This document shows positions 58,518-64,000 of a DNA stretch of 64,000 bases, in pieces (within the stretch, counting starts at the first letter, position 1; every line of letters starts with the position of its first letter). The notes beneath the pieces are model-generated. The model was not told where the DNA came from, did no database searches, and saw only the letters and a program-made list of their open reading frames with translations. Position numbers and translations under genes: made by a program. The DNA comes from an uncultured delta proteobacterium (GTDB taxonomy: Bacteria > Myxococcota_A > Polyangia > Polyangiales > Polyangiaceae). Location of the stretch: assembly GCA_963841435.1 (NCBI GenBank), contig CAWJCS010000004.1, positions 160,001 to 224,000 of the forward strand. The letters are read 5' to 3'.

Positions 58518-59585
58518 ATGACCATCATCCGACGCCTCCGTCCGCTCCGTTCGATCGCCGGGTTTGTGGTGCTCGCCGTCGGCTGTAGCGGGAAGACCTT
58601 CACAACGTCGGACGGGGACTCGGGCATGGCAGGCATGTCAGCAACCGGGGGCTCGGGCGGTCGCGGTGGCACAGTCGGAGGTGGGACAGGTGGAGGGGTG
58701 GGGGGAGGCAACGAGCTTGGTGGTGCGTCCGGCTTGGGTGGCACGTCGGGTCGTGGGGGCACGGCCGGCAGTGGCGCCGTGGCGGGAACCGGTGGCACGT
58801 CGGGCAGCGGTGCAACCGCGGGGGTGGGAGGCGCTTCGGGCGCAAGCGGCACGTCGGGCTCGGCCGGTACGTGGGGTGAGGCCGGGGCCGCAGGCAGCGG
58901 CGGGTCCGAGTGCCAGACGGGGCAGGGCTGCCCGGTGGAGGGTGCAACGTGCTCGCTCGGTGGCTGTTGCGCCTGCATGCACACCTGTACGAGCGGCGCG
59001 TGGGGCCAGCCGCTCTGCCCACCGTGCGCCGCGCCGACCTGTCCGGATGTCGTCCCCACGAACGGCGACGAGTGCTTCGAGTGCGACATTCCGTCCGAAG
59101 GCTGTCAATGGGACGAGCGTCCCGTCGACGGGCCCCTGTACATCGGAAAGTGCGTGATGAACCACTGGGAGGTCACGGTGGGCGGCCAGATGCCGGGATG
59201 TTGCATGGCCGACTCCGAGTGCGCGCCGCAGATCTGCGTCAACACCATCTGCGAGGTCGTCCAGCCGGGCTCCTGCTGGCGCGACGACGAGTGCGGTAGC
59301 GATCAGATCTGCGCGGGGGCCTTCGTCTGTCCCTGCACGGCAGACTGCGCCTCGCGTGACTATTCAGGAAAATGCGTCCCCGCCGGGCTCGATTGCTGCC
59401 GCACCGACGCCGATTGCGCGGGTGCGCACTGCATCGCCGGCGTCTGCAAGGAAAGCACGCTGCCGGGTTGCTGGGACCAGCGCGACTGCACCCTGCCGGC
59501 GGCCTGTGCCGGAGCAACGGTCTGTCCTTGCGGCACGAATTGCCTCGTCGCAGACAGTCCCGGCACGTGCGTCATTCCACTCTGA
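58518..59585 (+). CDS. Lipoprotein: Gly-rich linker plus Cys-rich repeats
   Basis: Lipobox LAVGC; two copies of CC..D..C....C....C......CW....C......C.G...CPC...C...D..G.CV. Confidence 0.8.
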   Translation: MTIIRRLRPLRSIAGFVVLAVGCSGKTFTTSDGDSGMAGMSATGGSGGRGGTVGGGTGGGVGGGNELGGASGLGGTSGRGGTAGSGAVAGTGGTSGSGATAGVGGASGASGTSGSAGTWGEAGAAGSGGSECQTGQGCPVEGATCSLGGCCACMHTCTSGAWGQPLCPPCAAPTCPDVVPTNGDECFECDIPSEGCQWDERPVDGPLYIGKCVMNHWEVTVGGQMPGCCMADSECAPQICVNTICEVVQPGSCWRDDECGSDQICAGAFVCPCTADCASRDYSGKCVPAGLDCCRTDADCAGAHCIAGVCKESTLPGCWDQRDCTLPAACAGATVCPCGTNCLVADSPGTCVIPL

Positions 59586-59809
59586 CGCGAGCGCCTCCGA
59601 ACCAGACATCGTCGCGACACATGGCGGCGGCGCGCCGGCACGTCGTGAACGATCCTGCGCTGCTGCGAGTCGCGTCGTGAGTGGCGCTTCGGCGCGTCGA
59701 CTGTGGGTCGATGTGCGCCGAACGCGTCTCGACACGAGACCGCGTTCTCGCCAGCGTGTAACCTGCACGAGCAATTGACAGAGGGAGAAGCGAAGGTGTC
59801 TATTGAAGT

Positions 59810-60625
59810 ATGGATTGCTTTCGCCTGACTCTCGCCCTGGGCGCCTGTCTCGCTGCGTGTAGCGCGAGCGCTCCTCACCCCCAAGAACCGAGCACGGCCG
59901 TGGTCCCGCCGCGCGCGCCCCAGTCACCTTCGCGCGAGGTCGCGCTGAGCGAGCCTCGGCCCGAGTCCGCCGGGTCGGCGCCGAGCGGCACTGTGCCCAA
60001 CGTCACACGCGAGATCCCCACGAGCTGCAGCGGAGTCGACGGCTGCTTTCCGGAGCCGGCGTTCGCCGAGCGCGTGTGTCGAGGGAAATTTCCCGATCTG
60101 CCGCTCGCGATGTTCGCGAAGGGCACGCCCTGGCAGCACCTGTACGTGAAGGCCGTGACAGTCGCGCCGGTGAACGTCTACGGCGGGGCGCGCAGCGACC
60201 GCGAGATGCAATTCGGCGAGGAGGTCGTCGTGCTGCGACGCCGCGGCCCCGGCAGCGGCGCCGGCGTGCAGATCTCGGGACCCACCGATCTCGACGTTCT
60301 GCGTTGGGACGGCACCTGCGCCACCGTGCGCGAGGAAATGTTCGTGAGCTACATCCCGGGCGAGATGATGTCGCCGCGCATCGTCTGGAAGTATCTGGAC
60401 GATCCGGTCAAGGACGGGCTGATGAAGAACGGCGTCGTCCTGCGCGCGCAAGCGAACGAGCGCAAGCACTGCCGCGACTCGTCGCCGAAGAACCCTTCGC
60501 CTGCTTGTGACAAAGCGATGAAGAAGCTCACCGACGCGATCGTGCTCGCCGTCCACCTGGGCATCGAGCTGCCCCCGGGAGCCGCTCCCGAGTGGCAGAA
60601 GCCGGAGCCGACGGCGTCACGCTGA
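59810..60625 (+). CDS. Hypothetical lipoprotein
   Basis: Lipobox LAAC, Pro-rich linker, Cys-containing globular domain. Confidence 0.75.
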   Translation: MDCFRLTLALGACLAACSASAPHPQEPSTAVVPPRAPQSPSREVALSEPRPESAGSAPSGTVPNVTREIPTSCSGVDGCFPEPAFAERVCRGKFPDLPLAMFAKGTPWQHLYVKAVTVAPVNVYGGARSDREMQFGEEVVVLRRRGPGSGAGVQISGPTDLDVLRWDGTCATVREEMFVSYIPGEMMSPRIVWKYLDDPVKDGLMKNGVVLRAQANERKHCRDSSPKNPSPACDKAMKKLTDAIVLAVHLGIELPPGAAPEWQKPEPTASR

Positions 60626-60672
60626 AAGGCGCTCCGGGCGGCGATGTGGCATCCTCGCGCCGAGGAGGCTTC

Positions 60673-61104
60673 ATGAAACCACCCCCGCCCGGATGGCCCC
60701 GCCTGAGCGCATCGATCTACTACGACGATCCACTCGCCGCTATCGACTGGCTCTGTCGCACGTTCGGCTTCGAAGTGCGCCTCAAAGTGGTCGGTGACGA
60801 CGGTCGCCTCCAGCACTCCGAGCTCACCTTCGGCGAGGCCGTGGTGATGCTGGGCGGAACCGGCGGCAAGGAGCCCTACCAGGCGCTCGCGAAGAGCCCG
60901 CGCGTTGCGGGCGGCGTGACCCAGTCGCTCGCCATTTACCTCGACGACGTCGAAGCGCATCACGCGCGCGCCGTCGCGGCAGGGGCGAAGATCGTGAGAG
61001 AGCTTCGTACGGACGACTACGGCGCCGAGTATTGGAGCGACCGGTCCTACGGCGCGCTCGACCCCGAGGGGCACCTCTTTTGGTTCTTGCAACGGCTCAG
61101 CTAA
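60673..61104 (+). CDS. VOC/glyoxalase-bleomycin resistance family protein
   Basis: AAIDWLCRTFGF, HSELTFG, DDVEAHHARA, DPEGHLFWF. Confidence 0.9.
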   Translation: MKPPPPGWPRLSASIYYDDPLAAIDWLCRTFGFEVRLKVVGDDGRLQHSELTFGEAVVMLGGTGGKEPYQALAKSPRVAGGVTQSLAIYLDDVEAHHARAVAAGAKIVRELRTDDYGAEYWSDRSYGALDPEGHLFWFLQRLS

Positions 61105-61153
61105 CGTCCTGAGCTCTGCCGTTCCCTGCAGAAAGCGAGAGCGCCGAGTAGCG

Positions 61154-61196
61154 TCTGCTAAAAAATTAGCAGAATTGAGTTGCTAAAATTTTAGCA
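61154..61196. promoter_or_regulatory. Tandem TGCTAA-N4-TTAGCA palindromes; probable BlaI operator pair with extended -10
   Basis: Dyads at 61156-61171 and 61181-61196; TGcTAAAAT lies in the second; AGGAG follows. Confidence 0.82.
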
Positions 61197-61215
61197 CCAG
61201 GAGAGGCTCGGGCGC

Positions 61216-61596
61216 ATGAAAAGGGCGCGCCTCACGCGACGCGAGCGCGAAATCATGGACATTCTGCACCGTCGCGGGCGCGCAACCGCTCAGGAGGTGC
61301 TCGCCGAGCTCGCCGAGCCCCCGAGCTATTCGGCGGTGCGCGCGCTGCTCCGGTTGCTCGAGGAGCGGGGGCACGCACGCCACACGAAGGACGGTCTTCG
61401 CTACGTTTACCAGCCCGCGGTCTCGGCGGGCGCCGCGCGCCGCCGCGCGCTCGCTCATCTCGTCTCGACGTTCTTCGGAGGCTCCGTGGAAGAAACCATG
61501 CTCACGCTGGTCGAATCGTCACGCACCAAGCTCGACGCCGACGAGCTCGGGAGGATTGCTGCCATCGTCGAGCGTGCGAAAAAGGAGGGTCGGTGA
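61216..61596 (+). CDS. BlaI/MecI/CopY family repressor
   Basis: LTRREREIMDIL...SYSAVRALLRLLEERG...TFFGGS. Confidence 0.93.
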   Translation: MKRARLTRREREIMDILHRRGRATAQEVLAELAEPPSYSAVRALLRLLEERGHARHTKDGLRYVYQPAVSAGAARRRALAHLVSTFFGGSVEETMLTLVESSRTKLDADELGRIAAIVERAKKEGR

Positions 61597-63407
61597 TCAT
61601 GTTGCCGCTCGCGCTCTCGATCTTCTTGCGTGTTTCGCTCGTGCTCGGTGTCGCCCTCGCGGTCGCGCTCGTCGCCCGGCGCGCATCGGCCGCCTTTCGC
61701 CGGCTCGTGCTCGCGCTCGGCTTCGGCGCTGCGCTCGCCGTGCCGCTCGTCGTCGTCGCATTGCCACGCCGCCCGCTCGTCGCCGTGCTGCCGACGCCGT
61801 CCCTCGTGCACGTCGTCGCCGAAGCGCTCGTCGGGGGAGGCGCGCCGCCGGCGGACGCACGAGCGAGCGTGGGCGCCCCCGCGGGGTCGCGCCGTGTGCC
61901 CTGGGAGGCCCTGGCCTTCGCGACCTGGGCGCTCGGCGCCGGGGTCGTCGTCGCGCGTCTCGTGGCGGGTGCCGCGAGGGGGCGCAGGCTCGTCGGGCGG
62001 GCTCGTCCGGGGCCGCTCGGCGAGCTCGTGAGCGGCGAGGTCGAGGTGCCGGTCGTCGTGGGCTGGCTCGTCCCGAAGATCGTACTGCCCGAAGCCGCCG
62101 CGCGCTGGAGCGACGAGCGGCTCCGCGCGGTGCTCCTGCACGAGCGCGCCCACCAACGCAGTCGCGACGGGCTCGTGCTCGCGGTCGCCGAGCTCGGCTC
62201 GGCGCTCTACTGGGTTCATCCCTTGTCGTGGCTTTCGCGCACGTTCCTGCGGCGCGAATGCGAGCTTGCCGCGGACGAGGCCGTCTTGCGATCGGGGTTG
62301 AAGCCGAGCCGCTACGCCGAGCACCTGCTCGACATCTGCCGCTCGCTCGGACCGCCCACGACGGGTATCGCCATGGCCGGGCGGCCGTCGGAGCTCCGGC
62401 GCCGCGTCGAACGGCTCGTTTCGCGCGACCGTGTCCCTTCGCCGCCGAGCAGGCGGGAGACCTGGCTTTCGGGCGCGCTGGCCCTCTTCGTGTTGGGCGT
62501 CGCCGCCTGTGCCGGCGCCGCGCCGGCGGTCGTGTCCGCGCCCCGCACCGTTCGGATCAGCGGGGCCGAGCCCGCGCTCCGCGCCATGATCGACGCCGAA
62601 GCGGAGCGCGCGCGGCGTGAGTCGGGCGCCCGCCGCGTCGTGATTCTGGTGCTCGATGCGCGGAGCGGCCGCCTGCTCGCCGAGCACGACGACGATCCGC
62701 AGAAGCTCGTTCTGCCGGGCTCCACGCTCAAGCCCATCACGGTGGCGCTCGCGCTCGACGCAGGCCGGTTGTCGCCCGACGACCGTTTCGACTGCGGCCA
62801 CGGGCAGCGGACCTATGGCGACCAGGTGCTGCGCGACGCGGGGAGCTATGGCGTACTGAGCGTGCGAGAAATTCTCGCCGTTTCTTCGAACGTGGGCCTT
62901 TCGCGTGTGTTCGATCGACTGGGCGGCGAGCGACTGGTGCGCGGCCTCGGGAGCTTTCGCCTGAGCGCCCCACGCGACGTCGAGGACGGGTCGCTCGCGG
63001 GGGCGATCGTCGCCATGGGGCAACGCGTGCCCGTGAGGCCCGCCGACCTTGCGGCCGCGTACACCGTGTTTGCCAACGAGGGCAGGTACGTCGCTGCGCC
63101 CGGCGGCGAAAAGCGCGTGATCCGCCCAGAGACGGCAAGAACGGTGCTCTCGATGCTCGAGGGAGTCGTGACGGCCGAGCGCGGCACGGGACGCGCTGCG
63201 GCGCTTTTCGGGGTGCGCGTCGCCGGAAAGACCGGCACGAGCGATTCGGACGAGGTCTTCGCGAGCTTCGTCGGCATCGTGCCAGTCGACGCGCCACGCT
63301 TCGTGATCCTCACCGGCCTTTCGGGACCGAAGCTCACCGGTGGCGGGGGAACGCTCGCGGCGCCACTGTTCCGCCGCGTGGCGCTGCGGGCCCTCGGCGC
63401 GCGCTGA
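61593..63407 (+). CDS. BlaR1-like M56 peptidase fused to a penicillin-binding transpeptidase domain
   Basis: LLHERAH (HExxH), ECELAADE; PGSTLKP (SxxK), SSNVG (SxN), GKTGT (KTG). Confidence 0.9.
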   Translation: MIMLPLALSIFLRVSLVLGVALAVALVARRASAAFRRLVLALGFGAALAVPLVVVALPRRPLVAVLPTPSLVHVVAEALVGGGAPPADARASVGAPAGSRRVPWEALAFATWALGAGVVVARLVAGAARGRRLVGRARPGPLGELVSGEVEVPVVVGWLVPKIVLPEAAARWSDERLRAVLLHERAHQRSRDGLVLAVAELGSALYWVHPLSWLSRTFLRRECELAADEAVLRSGLKPSRYAEHLLDICRSLGPPTTGIAMAGRPSELRRRVERLVSRDRVPSPPSRRETWLSGALALFVLGVAACAGAAPAVVSAPRTVRISGAEPALRAMIDAEAERARRESGARRVVILVLDARSGRLLAEHDDDPQKLVLPGSTLKPITVALALDAGRLSPDDRFDCGHGQRTYGDQVLRDAGSYGVLSVREILAVSSNVGLSRVFDRLGGERLVRGLGSFRLSAPRDVEDGSLAGAIVAMGQRVPVRPADLAAAYTVFANEGRYVAAPGGEKRVIRPETARTVLSMLEGVVTAERGTGRAAALFGVRVAGKTGTSDSDEVFASFVGIVPVDAPRFVILTGLSGPKLTGGGGTLAAPLFRRVALRALGAR

Positions 63408-63529
63408 CGCTCGGGCCCGGTCCGCGCAAGAGCTTGCCCCGGTCGCACGGGCCGAGGATGCCCCCCGCCGTGGCAGGATCGCCACGCTTCCCAGTCCGTC
63501 TCGTCCGCGCGCGCGCGCCCGCATCGCGC

Positions 63530-63545
63530 TGGCACGTGTTCTGCT
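63530..63545 (+). promoter_or_regulatory. Putative sigma54 promoter TGGCACGTGTTCTGCT
   Basis: GG-N10-GC, 12 bp before the GTG at 63558. Confidence 0.5.
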
Positions 63546-63557
63546 TCCATCGGCTCC

Positions 63558-63947
63558 GTGCAACACGAGCCCGCACTCGACCCGCGCGTCGGGTCCGCTC
63601 GCCGAAACGGCAACGGCGCGCGTGCATCCGTCGTGGGCGGCACCATCGACCTCGTGCGCCAGGAAGCGCGGCTCGCCGTCCTCCATGCACGCGTGCTTGG
63701 CGTCCGTGCCTCGGCGCTCGTCGCGTGGGCAGCAATCACGGCGGCGCTCGTGCAGGCGGCCGTCGTGTTGGCGGCACTCACGTTCGTCCTCTCGGGCGTG
63801 TCGTGGCATCGACTCGGTCCTATGCTGGCGACGGTCTGCGTCGCAGCCGCCGGCGCAAGCCTCATGACCTTTCGGGCGTGGCAAGCGCTGGCGACGACAA
63901 CCGACGCTGCTCGCGCGGACACGGGGAGCGAGTCGGAGGGCGAATGA
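63558..63947 (+). CDS. Two-TM membrane protein (YqjE/holin-X-like)
   Basis: DLVRQEARLA followed by two hydrophobic helices; another gene appears to start at 63944 (ATGA). Confidence 0.55.
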   Translation: MQHEPALDPRVGSARRNGNGARASVVGGTIDLVRQEARLAVLHARVLGVRASALVAWAAITAALVQAAVVLAALTFVLSGVSWHRLGPMLATVCVAAAGASLMTFRAWQALATTTDAARADTGSESEGE

Positions 63948-64000
63948 CGCCCCCGCCGCTGCCGCTCGATGCGACCCTTTCCCGCGCGGAGAAGGACGTG

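Noticed and set aside
63558-63947. Holin-like gene as evidence of a prophage
   Set aside because: No phage genes nearby; this two-TM family is commonly chromosomal.

Overview
This is a high-GC chromosomal segment. The gene families (MYXO-CTERM protein, three Hanks-type kinases, FHA and PEGA proteins, Gly-rich-linker lipoproteins, TonB-fused receptor) point to a myxobacterium, probably Polyangiaceae/Sorangium-like; this is inference. It holds about 55 genes. I saw no rRNA, tRNA, CRISPR array, transposase or prophage. About nine single-base frameshifts in otherwise intact genes suggest assembly error. Three clusters stand out. (1) 26.5-33.1 kb: an operon encoding an NTT-like nucleotide transporter, a PAP2 phosphatase, a beta-rich outer-membrane protein, an Omp85-like barrel and a lipoprotein with atypical-kinase motifs, which may be an extracytoplasmic phosphorylation system. 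(2) 51.0-54.8 kb: a coupled operon encoding a QW-repeat prenyltransferase/cyclase-fold protein, a degenerate membrane adenylate cyclase, a class I isoprenoid-synthase-fold enzyme and an NHLP-clan-like small protein, which may be a prenylated-peptide or terpenoid signalling system. (3) 13.2-20.4 kb: an isoprenoid-lipid operon with no phytoene/squalene synthase, flanked by a kinase-STAND-TPR gene and an FHA-wHTH gene. Also present are deletion relics, clear operator palindromes (TetR, ArsR, BlaI) and sigma54-type promoter motifs. All family calls come from motifs read by eye; no database search was run.
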